Below are positions 18,053 to 26,557 of a DNA stretch of 64,000 nt, in pieces (position 1 is the first letter of the stretch; the number at the start of each line of letters is the position of its first letter). Source of the DNA: a virus; the IMG/VR virus record IMGVR_UViG_3300045391_000822, positions 64,001 to 128,000 of that record; one strand, given 5' to 3'. The notes under the pieces were generated by a model, which searched no databases, was not told the origin of the DNA, and worked only from the letters and a program-made list of their open reading frames with translations. The translations under genes and the position numbers were made by a program.

Positions 18053-18676
18053 ATGACCAGTGATACATTTCGAGGTCTGGTGACAGGACTGTTGGTTGGT
18101 GCTGTAGCATGGACAGGTTGGATTGGACCCTATGTGGTAGACGAGGTGTCGGCAGTAGCAGCACAAAAGGCACAACCTAAGATAGTTGTTCAACAGTTCG
18201 AGTTGAACTTGATTGTTGAGCCGGTAAGACCACCTTTGGATTTGATGACAAGAGTCCTGGTCGAGCCAATTCGTGTTTCGAAGAAAGAGTTTGATTGTCT
18301 CGCCAAGAATATTTTCTTCGAGGCAGGAGTTGAAGACCGCGATGGTAAGATAGCGGTAGGTCAGTTGGTTATCCAACGTATGGAAAACAAACGTTGGTCG
18401 CAATCAATTTGCGATGTGGTGTACTCGAAGTACCAATTCTCGTGGACTTCGGATTCAGAGAAAAAGAAAGAGACACCGTCAGGTGTTCTTTGGGACGCCA
18501 GCAGACGTGCAGCAAGAGATGTATTGGCAGGAGAACGCATACCAGAGTTGATGGATGCCCTTTTCTACCATGCAAACTATATCAGTCCTCCTGACTGGGC
18601 ATCAGAGCAGTACAAGGTAGCTCAGATAGGTACGCATGTGTTCTATAACAATGATCTAAAGAAGGATAGTAAATGA
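18053..18676 (+). CDS. SleB/Hydrolase_2 cell-wall hydrolase with N-terminal membrane anchor
   Basis: CLAKNIFFEAGVE...KIAVGQLVIQR...ICDVVYSKYQFSW...ALFYHANYISPPDW...IGTHVFY. Confidence 0.85.
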   Translation: MTSDTFRGLVTGLLVGAVAWTGWIGPYVVDEVSAVAAQKAQPKIVVQQFELNLIVEPVRPPLDLMTRVLVEPIRVSKKEFDCLAKNIFFEAGVEDRDGKIAVGQLVIQRMENKRWSQSICDVVYSKYQFSWTSDSEKKKETPSGVLWDASRRAARDVLAGERIPELMDALFYHANYISPPDWASEQYKVAQIGTHVFYNNDLKKDSK

Positions 18677-18894
18677 TCGAGTGTCAAGGAATTATGGGCT
18701 GGCTTCTGGGTCACGACTACGAAGCAATCTTCGACGAAGCTCCACCAGATAATGCCGGAGAGCAGATGGCGAGGATGGGTCACGTCCCGTCATGGGACAT
18801 GGCAGGGGTCATCGAGTCGATGAAGAAGACGGTGTACCAAGGTCACGTTTGCGTCCGTTGTGGTAATCGTGTTCGTCGAGTAGAGAGGATTTAA
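18673..18894 (+). CDS. Small Zn-binding hypothetical protein
   Basis: C...LLGHDY...CVRCG. Confidence 0.6.
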   Translation: MIECQGIMGWLLGHDYEAIFDEAPPDNAGEQMARMGHVPSWDMAGVIESMKKTVYQGHVCVRCGNRVRRVERI

Positions 18895-19223
18895 TGATCG
18901 AAGAAATCCTGGCCAAGAGATATAAAGAAACAAAGAAGTTCAAACTAGGCGATGTTACTCCTGGTGAACTTGTTATTGTCAGACTCCCCAACGATGGACG
19001 TCTTGGAGAAGACGATGATGGATGGGATGAATATGTTCATCGGGTTGCCATGGTCATGCGACATGAGAAGTCCACAACGGAATCGTGGGCCTTTTATGTT
19101 TCTGTACACGCTGTAGGGCCAGATGATGTAGAGTCCCCTGGCACGGTAAGGCTTTTGGCAGACGACCTATTAGTGGTCTGGTTAACAGAAGCTGTTTATC
19201 CTATTCGTAGGCTTGAGGATTAA
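18894..19223 (+). CDS. Hypothetical protein
   Basis: 109 aa, TAATG coupling. Confidence 0.6.
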   Translation: MIEEILAKRYKETKKFKLGDVTPGELVIVRLPNDGRLGEDDDGWDEYVHRVAMVMRHEKSTTESWAFYVSVHAVGPDDVESPGTVRLLADDLLVVWLTEAVYPIRRLED

Positions 19224-19227
19224 TCGA

Positions 19228-19671
19228 ATGAACTTGAAAGAAATCTTGGGACGTGAACGAGTCCTGAACACCAATCTGGCCGAGGCCAAGCTCCGTTTCT
19301 ATAAGGACAAGATAGGAGACATGTCCTACGACGAGGTCTTGAAGCTCGCAGTAGAAGCGGAAGACATCTATAAGTATCTGCCGCCAGGTGATCCGGCACA
19401 AGAATTCATGTACCGGCAGATGTACAATATGTATCAGTACGCTAATTATCTCAACGTGATCGAGAAGCTGAATCGCAAAGATCATCAAGTGGAGATAACG
19501 GCACTGGTTTCATACGGCCCCGAAGTTGCTGAACATAACTTCTTGGTCAACAAGCACGATATGATAGTTTCGTACAACAAGAAGTCGAAAGTGGTCGAAG
19601 CGGAAGTGGTATCTGCATTACGATCGGCAGATGTTTGGATCAAATACCCGATCGAAGTTGTTGTTTATTAA
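19228..19671 (+). CDS. Hypothetical protein
   Basis: GAGG SD before ATG 19228. Confidence 0.6.
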   Translation: MNLKEILGRERVLNTNLAEAKLRFYKDKIGDMSYDEVLKLAVEAEDIYKYLPPGDPAQEFMYRQMYNMYQYANYLNVIEKLNRKDHQVEITALVSYGPEVAEHNFLVNKHDMIVSYNKKSKVVEAEVVSALRSADVWIKYPIEVVVY

Positions 19672-19712
19672 TATCAGTCTCGTATATCCATTCCAATCGT
19701 AAAGGAATAACC

Positions 19713-20513
19713 ATGGCTCACAAGAATCGTTCTATCCGTTTTTCCGACCTGCGTGCAGGCGTTACCATTTATAGCGCTGATGGTGGCAAGGAAGTTTGCG
19801 CAATTCAGGTTTTGAACAAACCTCGCATGACCCGGATTACGGAAGGTATATCAGAATACGCATTTTCGTTCCGACGAGCCAGTTCGTTGCGTGAACATGA
19901 AATGTTTTCCGATAGTACCTACCTTTCCAGTGCAGGTATGCAAGGGTTCGATACACAAGGACGGCCGCCTATATTCTATATGTCGAGACGAGCTGCGGAA
20001 CGAGCTCTACCTAAGGTGGCTGCATGGTACGAGTATCTTCGTAGCACTCGTGATCCGGCAGACGATTTCTTCGATAGTCTCGATCATCATGGAGGTGATG
20101 ATCGAGATCTTTCGGAAGAAGCAGAAGAGAAGCATCTGCGCTTCGAAGGTAAGGGAGTAATACATCTGTATGTAAGCCAGCAAACCACAGAACACCATTT
20201 CCAGCAAGTAGATTTTCGTATCTGGGTTCCTGAAGACCAGGCTTGGTATTACGGTTACCGAGCAAGTAACGGTGACATCCGTATCGACTATATGTTGGAT
20301 GATCATGGTTCGTTCCTGGATGAACCACGAATGTTCTTTGTTCGTCGGAATGAAGAATGGAAAAACGTGAGCAACGATGTAGGCCTGTACGGCAGTCACG
20401 TGAAGTATGAACGCCGCCATGAAGCAAAGAAGTTGCCGGCTGATGAAAAATGGACTCCCATTCTTAATGGGAAACTTGAATTTCTCAAACACGAGAGTTT
20501 GATCAAATACTGA
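19713..20513 (+). CDS. Hypothetical protein
   Basis: AAGGA SD before ATG 19713 (MAHKNRS...). Confidence 0.65.
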   Translation: MAHKNRSIRFSDLRAGVTIYSADGGKEVCAIQVLNKPRMTRITEGISEYAFSFRRASSLREHEMFSDSTYLSSAGMQGFDTQGRPPIFYMSRRAAERALPKVAAWYEYLRSTRDPADDFFDSLDHHGGDDRDLSEEAEEKHLRFEGKGVIHLYVSQQTTEHHFQQVDFRIWVPEDQAWYYGYRASNGDIRIDYMLDDHGSFLDEPRMFFVRRNEEWKNVSNDVGLYGSHVKYERRHEAKKLPADEKWTPILNGKLEFLKHESLIKY

Positions 20514-20611
20514 AAAGACACCCTGGTGGTGAAAGCTTTCGAGAAAAATAGGAACGTGGAGCAGAAATGGCTTGCCTCGTTCCTATCTAATATATTCTTA
20601 GGAGATTAGTC

Positions 20612-21145
20612 ATGCACGGTTACAATGAGTTCCTTCGCACGCGGAAATTGCGTACACCTTATCTGATCCAACGAGGACAGATAAAAGCAGATCTAAAACC
20701 TGAGCATGGTTTTACAGCTACCGTGAAGTTGGATTACATGGGAGCTGCCGAGTTTGAATTCGGGGCGCCAAGGCGTAGTTTCCAAGCCATGGACGAACTG
20801 AGTAAGGAAGGAGACCGCGATCTGTCTCTAAGGGTAGTCAAAAGTATCAAAGGCATGGGGAGTCATTGGCTCCGTACAGTGAGCGCGCTGACCGAAGCCG
20901 AGCACCGAGAGTATGAAGGCTATCTTCAACAGCTTTGGGCAGACAGTCTTCGTACCAAGGAATGGACCAACTTCAACGACAAGCAGTTGATAACCAGACG
21001 CGGTTCATTTGGATACACCAACATCTGGTGGGATATCGATAACAACGTTATCTTTTCATTCGATAGCGTGTACATGCGCGATGTTGTTCGTACTGCTCTA
21101 CAGGTGACCTTCGATAATATTCGAGATCCAAAGGAATCGAAATGA
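20612..21145 (+). CDS. Conserved phage hypothetical protein (DYMGxAEFE motif)
   Basis: LDYMGAAEFEFG motif; AGGAG SD. Confidence 0.7.
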   Translation: MHGYNEFLRTRKLRTPYLIQRGQIKADLKPEHGFTATVKLDYMGAAEFEFGAPRRSFQAMDELSKEGDRDLSLRVVKSIKGMGSHWLRTVSALTEAEHREYEGYLQQLWADSLRTKEWTNFNDKQLITRRGSFGYTNIWWDIDNNVIFSFDSVYMRDVVRTALQVTFDNIRDPKESK

Positions 21146-21663
21146 GCGCGTACAGAGGTTATGCAGGTATCGAGTGCATAGGGGCAGTCCTTCATGCACT
21201 CGAGGAAGCAAGGGTCCCATTACGTATAGTTGAAATGGTTACCGTTAGTCTCGATAAGGTACATTATCGCAATCATCTGGTTGCTCATTTCAAATGGTTT
21301 TCTTTAGACCCGCTCAAGCCATCGTTCAGAACGGCATTGTTGAAGTTTGATTCGGTTCAGTATCCGCAATACGAATATTCTCAACTGTACACCGATGGAA
21401 GTGTAGAACCGAAGTTGGTTCTCAGCGGCGAGGATAATCCGGCTTTCATCTTACCGGAGGTAACTCCAGAAGTCCTGGAATTTGCAAATAAATTCTTTTA
21501 TCCTCAACCTATTGAAAGAGAATTGATGGAGGAAGCAGGTGCAGTTCTCGCTATAGGTCCTTCCGATAGGCTAGTGGTAACCTTTACAAAGGAAGAAGGC
21601 ATTGAAAAATTCCTGGCCTACACAAGAGAACATCTACGTTGGAAGCAAGCACCCGAAGATTGA
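21142..21663 (+). CDS. Hypothetical protein
   Basis: 173 aa, ATGA coupling. Confidence 0.6.
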   Translation: MSAYRGYAGIECIGAVLHALEEARVPLRIVEMVTVSLDKVHYRNHLVAHFKWFSLDPLKPSFRTALLKFDSVQYPQYEYSQLYTDGSVEPKLVLSGEDNPAFILPEVTPEVLEFANKFFYPQPIERELMEEAGAVLAIGPSDRLVVTFTKEEGIEKFLAYTREHLRWKQAPED

Positions 21664-22069
21664 ATTCGGGACGCTTAGACTTCAACAGGTGCTGGGATGG
21701 TTAGCATTCCAATCCCACCACGGGTTTAGAAAGGTTCCGTTGGAAGCGATGGCCAAGGCACTATGGGGCAAATCCATATCAGGATATACCAGACCTCTTG
21801 AATGGAGGGAGCCCATACTCCACTGTATGGCCATGGTAAATAGGATGGTCAAACTTAATCTCGTTACCTTGAAAAGGGAGTCCTTCCGGGTAGGTTATGT
21901 AGAACTTACTGAGCGTGGAATTCTTATCTACGCCTCACATACCTTTGAAAGAGAGCACCGTTATGAACAAGAAAGACAGTTCCAAAAAGATCAAGAACGA
22001 GCAAGATACCAAGTACGCAGGAATCGAAAAAGAAAGGCTCGAAGAAGTGAGGCAACAAATTCCGCCTGA
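21602..22069 (+). CDS. Possible winged-helix DNA-binding protein
   Basis: LEAMAKALW...MVNRMVKLNLV...YVELTERG resembles a MarR-like wHTH; start uncertain. Confidence 0.45.
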   Translation: MKNSWPTQENIYVGSKHPKIEFGTLRLQQVLGWLAFQSHHGFRKVPLEAMAKALWGKSISGYTRPLEWREPILHCMAMVNRMVKLNLVTLKRESFRVGYVELTERGILIYASHTFEREHRYEQERQFQKDQERARYQVRRNRKRKARRSEATNSA

Positions 22070-22661
22070 ATATGTGCAGCGGCGTGCAGCGCAGATATGG
22101 CGCCGATTGCTTGGCGATCCCAAATTCCAAATCGAAGCGCCCGGAGAAGAAACTTACCGAGGTAGCTTTGCAACTGCGCTGGCTTCGATGGCAGCGAAAA
22201 ATGCTGAGCCTGACAATGATGCGTATCAGATCTTCGAAGATCGGCTAACAGAAAGCTTGTGCGAGCCATTCGTTCTTGAAGCGGCTGCATCTTCTGGTAA
22301 AGAAAGAAAATGGGTGCGCGCCCTCACCAGTATGGAAGTGGATTATCATCCGGACGAAGCATTGTCGGCAGCCGCGGCATATGCCAATATTTCCAAAATG
22401 CGGTTCCCTTATAAGACGAGGATGTATACCCATACGTCTTACAGTGGGAGCCGTCCATATGTTTCTGCGATGATTGGTTATCAATCGGATGCTGTACATC
22501 ACTATCCAGCGTTCATGCTGGACGGAAAGCCGCAAGGTTGGTTATTGACTAAGTTGCAGGGGCCTGACATTGAAGGACTCCTTGTTCATATTGAAACGAT
22601 CTACAAGATCGGACACGAAGGCCGTGTACTAGGTGTTGGAGAAATCGAATGGGTTGGTTGA
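21963..22661 (+). CDS. Conserved phage hypothetical protein
   Basis: VDYHPD...AAAYANI...FPYKTRM motif; probable ATG at 21963. Confidence 0.65.
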   Translation: MNKKDSSKKIKNEQDTKYAGIEKERLEEVRQQIPPEYVQRRAAQIWRRLLGDPKFQIEAPGEETYRGSFATALASMAAKNAEPDNDAYQIFEDRLTESLCEPFVLEAAASSGKERKWVRALTSMEVDYHPDEALSAAAAYANISKMRFPYKTRMYTHTSYSGSRPYVSAMIGYQSDAVHHYPAFMLDGKPQGWLLTKLQGPDIEGLLVHIETIYKIGHEGRVLGVGEIEWVG

Positions 22662-23068
22662 ATTTCTGGCAAAGAATTAAGGCTGGCTGGGCACGAAGAA
22701 TACTCGCTCAGGCAATGGTAGAGCTCAATAAGCCGTATGGGTATTTTCTTTGCGAGGTGCTCAACTGGTCTATGTATCACGGATTCTCTCCATCGGAACG
22801 ATGCACGTACCTGAGTTCGTTCGACCGTGTACGCCGACAATTGAAGGCTTCCATTATGGAACAGCTCAACGGAGAACTTACCGTTGATAGCTATGTCTGT
22901 CGTCACGTAGATAAGGGCATCGATAGTCTTAACTTTCGAATGATGAAACAGATAAGGCTGATGTGGTGCTTGAATTCGATGGCGCATATCAGGATCACCA
23001 GTAGAATTGAGATGTCGTCGCTATCAGATACGGTTACCGAGATGTTGGAAGGAGTGAAGCGTAAATAG
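22649..23068 (+). CDS. Hypothetical protein
   Basis: 139 aa, GGAG SD. Confidence 0.55.
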   Translation: MGWLNFWQRIKAGWARRILAQAMVELNKPYGYFLCEVLNWSMYHGFSPSERCTYLSSFDRVRRQLKASIMEQLNGELTVDSYVCRHVDKGIDSLNFRMMKQIRLMWCLNSMAHIRITSRIEMSSLSDTVTEMLEGVKRK

Positions 23069-23099
23069 GTATTACTATCTGTATTTGAAGGTTCATTAA

Positions 23100-23492
23100 A
23101 TGAGAACATCTGTAGATGCAGGCGCTTTACAACTAGCTCTCAATGTCTTGGAAAGAGGCACTCCTGTTCAGCGTGAAGTTGCGCAAGAACTACGGGCAAC
23201 AGCAGACACTTACGAATACCAATGGTACAAGCAGGTCGACATACCAACCCATAGTGGTGTTTACTGGGCAGAATTTGTAAACGTCGAGGGCGGAGAAGAC
23301 AAGGTTGAAGGCTTTCTCCGCATGGATATAGTGTCACGTCAAGGTATACGCCAGATAGATGTCCCTCCAAAGGGAATTCGTCATGAGCAATATTGCTGGG
23401 AAGCAATGCGTAGGTACCATAGGATCCCTCATCAACTTTATGAAGAGCCAACTGTCCTAGGTGAAGGACAGTCCTCTATCAATTGGGATTGA
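23100..23492 (+). CDS. Hypothetical protein
   Basis: 130-aa ORF in the operon. Confidence 0.6.
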   Translation: MRTSVDAGALQLALNVLERGTPVQREVAQELRATADTYEYQWYKQVDIPTHSGVYWAEFVNVEGGEDKVEGFLRMDIVSRQGIRQIDVPPKGIRHEQYCWEAMRRYHRIPHQLYEEPTVLGEGQSSINWD

Positions 23493-23493
23493 C

Positions 23494-23694
23494 ATGGCTG
23501 AAACATACAAGAAACATGAATACAAAATTTTGGCGGAGATGAGTACCAGCAAGCTTGAACACGAGGTTGAAACTCACCTCTTCCAAGGGTGGCTTCCCCA
23601 AGGTGGACTGGTCATAGAGCCAGTACAAGGATACTATTGCCAGGCTATGATTAAGCTCGTAGAGCCGAAGTGGCCGTACAGGTCTAAGGTGTAA
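23494..23694 (+). CDS. DUF1737-like protein
   Basis: YKIL...LEHEVETHLFQGWLPQGGL...YCQAMIK pattern. Confidence 0.6.
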   Translation: MAETYKKHEYKILAEMSTSKLEHEVETHLFQGWLPQGGLVIEPVQGYYCQAMIKLVEPKWPYRSKV

Positions 23695-23696
23695 TA

Positions 23697-24101
23697 ATGG
23701 ATTGTCCGGAATGTGGCAAGCCCAGTCGCGTACTGGACAGTCGCAAAGTAGATGCAAAGGTATACCGAAGGCGCGTATGTAAAGCGTGTGCCTTCGGTTT
23801 TACCACGTATGAGGTGTACGACAAGAATGCCTCAAGACCAAACCTTCCCAGAGTAAAGAGAAAGAAAATGGCTATCAGTCCTCAGCAAATTCTCACACAA
23901 CAAGCCCAGGCAGTGGTGTCGCGTATCGCCCTTCCGGAACCTCCTTCTTCTACGTTGAAGATCACCAAGGTAGAGATCCCGACACACTCAGGTCTTACTG
24001 TTCCTGGTTCGACGATGGCTAACTTGTCTCAAGAGCAATTGGAACGTAAGAAGCGTTTGCGCGATCTCCTTAATCGTCAGGTGGAGGAGGATGATGAGTG
24101 A
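23697..24101 (+). CDS. NrdR-like N-terminal Zn-ribbon protein lacking the ATP-cone
   Basis: MDCPECGKPSRVLDSR...YRRRVCKACAFGFTTYE matches the NrdR N-terminus; C-half unrelated. Confidence 0.7.
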   Translation: MDCPECGKPSRVLDSRKVDAKVYRRRVCKACAFGFTTYEVYDKNASRPNLPRVKRKKMAISPQQILTQQAQAVVSRIALPEPPSSTLKITKVEIPTHSGLTVPGSTMANLSQEQLERKKRLRDLLNRQVEEDDE

Positions 24102-24579
24102 TATCCAACGTGTGAACATCCACCATCTTACAATGTGGGACTTGGAATATTGGGCGGCCAAGGCCATTGGGTTTGATGTGTACCATTCCCAAAATGGGAA
24201 TTGCCCGGTGGTAGCCGTACCAGGTAAGATATGGAGCACTCCTATGGTGGAGATGCACTACGACTTATCAAGTAGCATGTATTCCCTTAGTCATTTTCTC
24301 CATCACTTCAAGGTGGAGTTCAAGTGGGTCGACTACCTAGGCCACCAAAGTCTTGCGTCTAGTGCAATGTCGAAGTCTGGGCAGAGATTGGAAGTAGCCT
24401 CAGGAGTTGATGAGAGTAGAATCAATATCTATCCGCGTACAGCCTGTAAGGCCTTGGTAGTTGCCTATCATCAGGACTTCTGGATTCCTATTCCAGAAAA
24501 AGAACATCGACCTAGCCCTAAGGGGCTGTGCTTTGATAACGAAGAAGCATACAAACAATGGTATAAGGAGCAGTCATGA
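24091..24579 (+). CDS. DUF2591/NinX-like protein
   Basis: LTMWDLEYWAAKAIG...TACKALVVAY pattern. Confidence 0.5.
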   Translation: MMSDIQRVNIHHLTMWDLEYWAAKAIGFDVYHSQNGNCPVVAVPGKIWSTPMVEMHYDLSSSMYSLSHFLHHFKVEFKWVDYLGHQSLASSAMSKSGQRLEVASGVDESRINIYPRTACKALVVAYHQDFWIPIPEKEHRPSPKGLCFDNEEAYKQWYKEQS

Positions 24580-25193
24580 GTTTTTCAGAAGCTATGAAAC
24601 CTATGAGATTCATAGGCGAGCATCAGGGAGTGAAATATTTCTGGGCAGAACCTGGTAACTTTGTTCAGGGTGGAGTCCATGCGTGGGATGAAAGCAGCGT
24701 GCTAGGCGTTCATTTGGAGCTGCCTAAGCCGTTGACGGAAGTGTCAATGGTAGACGACGCTACTATCAATAGCATCACGTTGGACTACGTAGGCAAATGG
24801 CCTTCCTTTGAAGCCCAGTCCTGGGCATGCAAAGTTGTTCATGCGGTTGTGAGGAAGTTATACATGGAGAGACCTCTTAGTCGCGCTTCTCAAGACAGAG
24901 GTCCTTGGACTGCAGGGCAAACTGAAGAGCGTCGTGTCTATCTAGATAGTGATGATTTCGAACATGATGTACGTTTATACATCGACGGTGACTTTGCTTC
25001 TACTGAAGATCGGTTGAAGTACGCTAAAGGACTTGCAAAGCAACTTAATGGTGATCTGGACAACGCACTAGAAACGTTCCTAGTAGAACTTACCCAGTAC
25101 CGACCGCAGCCCGGAAAAATAGTTGCGCCTACTACCCTTATGGGTATTGCTATGAATGCACAACGGTTGCTATCCAGAATGAAAGATTCCTGA
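24576..25193 (+). CDS. Hypothetical protein
   Basis: 205 aa; LDSDDFEHDVRLYIDGDF motif; AAGGAG SD. Confidence 0.65.
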   Translation: MSFSEAMKPMRFIGEHQGVKYFWAEPGNFVQGGVHAWDESSVLGVHLELPKPLTEVSMVDDATINSITLDYVGKWPSFEAQSWACKVVHAVVRKLYMERPLSRASQDRGPWTAGQTEERRVYLDSDDFEHDVRLYIDGDFASTEDRLKYAKGLAKQLNGDLDNALETFLVELTQYRPQPGKIVAPTTLMGIAMNAQRLLSRMKDS

Positions 25194-25387
25194 TGAACAA
25201 ATACATCATAGCGTTCGTACTATCGCCGCTGCTACTCGTATTCAGCCTTTCACAGCTGGCTAACCCGAAACAATGGATACTGGACATAGCTGGTGATCAT
25301 TGGATTGCCTATACCGTAGGTGCTTACTATCTGTTGATGTTTGCAATTTTCTGGCTCGCGTACCTGACCAAAAAGAAAGTTCTATGA
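25193..25387 (+). CDS. Small membrane protein (2 TM)
   Basis: Two hydrophobic segments. Confidence 0.6.
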   Translation: MNKYIIAFVLSPLLLVFSLSQLANPKQWILDIAGDHWIAYTVGAYYLLMFAIFWLAYLTKKKVL

Positions 25388-25671
25388 AATCAATCCTCAT
25401 GATTATCATGATGGCAATACCGATGGTGTCCAATGCTTCCATACCGGCACCGTTCGATTATGCACGAGGTATGACCGAAGAAGGTGTGGTGCTGAACGAT
25501 GATGCACCAGGATCATATTTCTACGGGGATGATGGTCAAGCTGGTAGTAGCACGAATACTTGGGGTAGTTCTAAATACAAGGTTCAACATGAGCAAGAAG
25601 AGCAGAAAAACTCCGTGGACGCTCGACGAGAAGAGGGAGTTCTTCACATGGCACCAACGACTCCTAAGTGA
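25384..25671 (+). CDS. Putative secreted protein
   Basis: MKSILMIIMMAIPMVSNA signal-peptide-like start at 25384 (ATGA coupling). Confidence 0.55.
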   Translation: MKSILMIIMMAIPMVSNASIPAPFDYARGMTEEGVVLNDDAPGSYFYGDDGQAGSSTNTWGSSKYKVQHEQEEQKNSVDARREEGVLHMAPTTPK

Positions 25672-25768
25672 ACGGGGCTATACACAAGAGATCAAGCGTG
25701 AACTGCAACGTAATTGCAAACGTTGGCTTGATTCAATTCCATTGAAGAAATCAGAAGATCAACAATGA
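25589..25768 (+). CDS. Hypothetical basic protein
   Basis: MSKKSRKTPW..., overlaps the previous ORF by 83 nt; stop coupled to the next start. Confidence 0.4.
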   Translation: MSKKSRKTPWTLDEKREFFTWHQRLLSERGYTQEIKRELQRNCKRWLDSIPLKKSEDQQ

Positions 25769-25974
25769 GCGTAAAAATTCTTGCAAGTCATGCCCTAGTT
25801 ATAATTTCCATTATGGTCCTGGTAGTAGGGTTAACAGGAATATTCACAATCATAGGTTACACGTTTAATAAACGTACTCCAACTTCCACTTTTGCGGATG
25901 AATTGTCCATCAGTGCTATAGCGGTGTTGGTTAGTATCTGTATGCTCCTGGGTTTTGCCATGTGGGGGTCGTAA
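25765..25974 (+). CDS. Small membrane protein (2 TM)
   Basis: Hydrophobic 69-aa ORF. Confidence 0.6.
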   Translation: MSVKILASHALVIISIMVLVVGLTGIFTIIGYTFNKRTPTSTFADELSISAIAVLVSICMLLGFAMWGS

Positions 25975-26192
25975 TGGAATACCTACCATTAGTGAAGTAC
26001 TTCTTTATAACGTGTGCATTCTTTCTTTTTATCGTTGGCCTTATATTTATGGGTGTGGCCTACGGATCCTCGTTTCAACGTAATGAAGATACAGATCTTC
26101 CGATAGGTATTAAACACGTCAAAGGTCAATTATTGATGTCCATAGGTATTATAATCGTGGGCATGCTACTCGCAGTCTTGACCTTGGCATAG
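25974..26192 (+). CDS. Small membrane protein (2 TM)
   Basis: TAATG-coupled hydrophobic ORF (MEYLPLV...). Confidence 0.6.
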   Translation: MEYLPLVKYFFITCAFFLFIVGLIFMGVAYGSSFQRNEDTDLPIGIKHVKGQLLMSIGIIIVGMLLAVLTLA

Positions 26193-26200
26193 GAGGTAGC

Positions 26201-26557
26201 ATGAAGAAGATTGAAGAGTATAGTGACGCAGAATTGACAGTTCTGTCTGCCGCGTCAATAGACCGAGTGGTAGTGTACGATCTAGGGTCTGGACTTCATT
26301 GGTTAGATGACAAGTTTAGTGGCATGTGGTGGGATCCCTTATCTCGCAAGGCAGATGCGTTTGACCTTATAGTAGGCTTGGGTATAAAGTTGAAGTTCAA
26401 CGGTAATTCGGTTCTGGCGTCATTAGAACAATCACCTTCGGTGTACATAAGTATCCAAGTTAACATCAAGGATGATAAAGAGAAGGCAGCTATGGCGGCG
26501 GTCACACAGGTGGCAGCGGCGTTTGCCCTTTACGTCATAGGGGTCACACTGTCATGA
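26201..26557 (+). CDS. DUF2591/NinX-like protein
   Basis: SDAELTVLSA...WWDPLSRKADAFDL...AAMAAVTQVAA; AGGAGG SD. Confidence 0.55.
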   Translation: MKKIEEYSDAELTVLSAASIDRVVVYDLGSGLHWLDDKFSGMWWDPLSRKADAFDLIVGLGIKLKFNGNSVLASLEQSPSVYISIQVNIKDDKEKAAMAAVTQVAAAFALYVIGVTLS

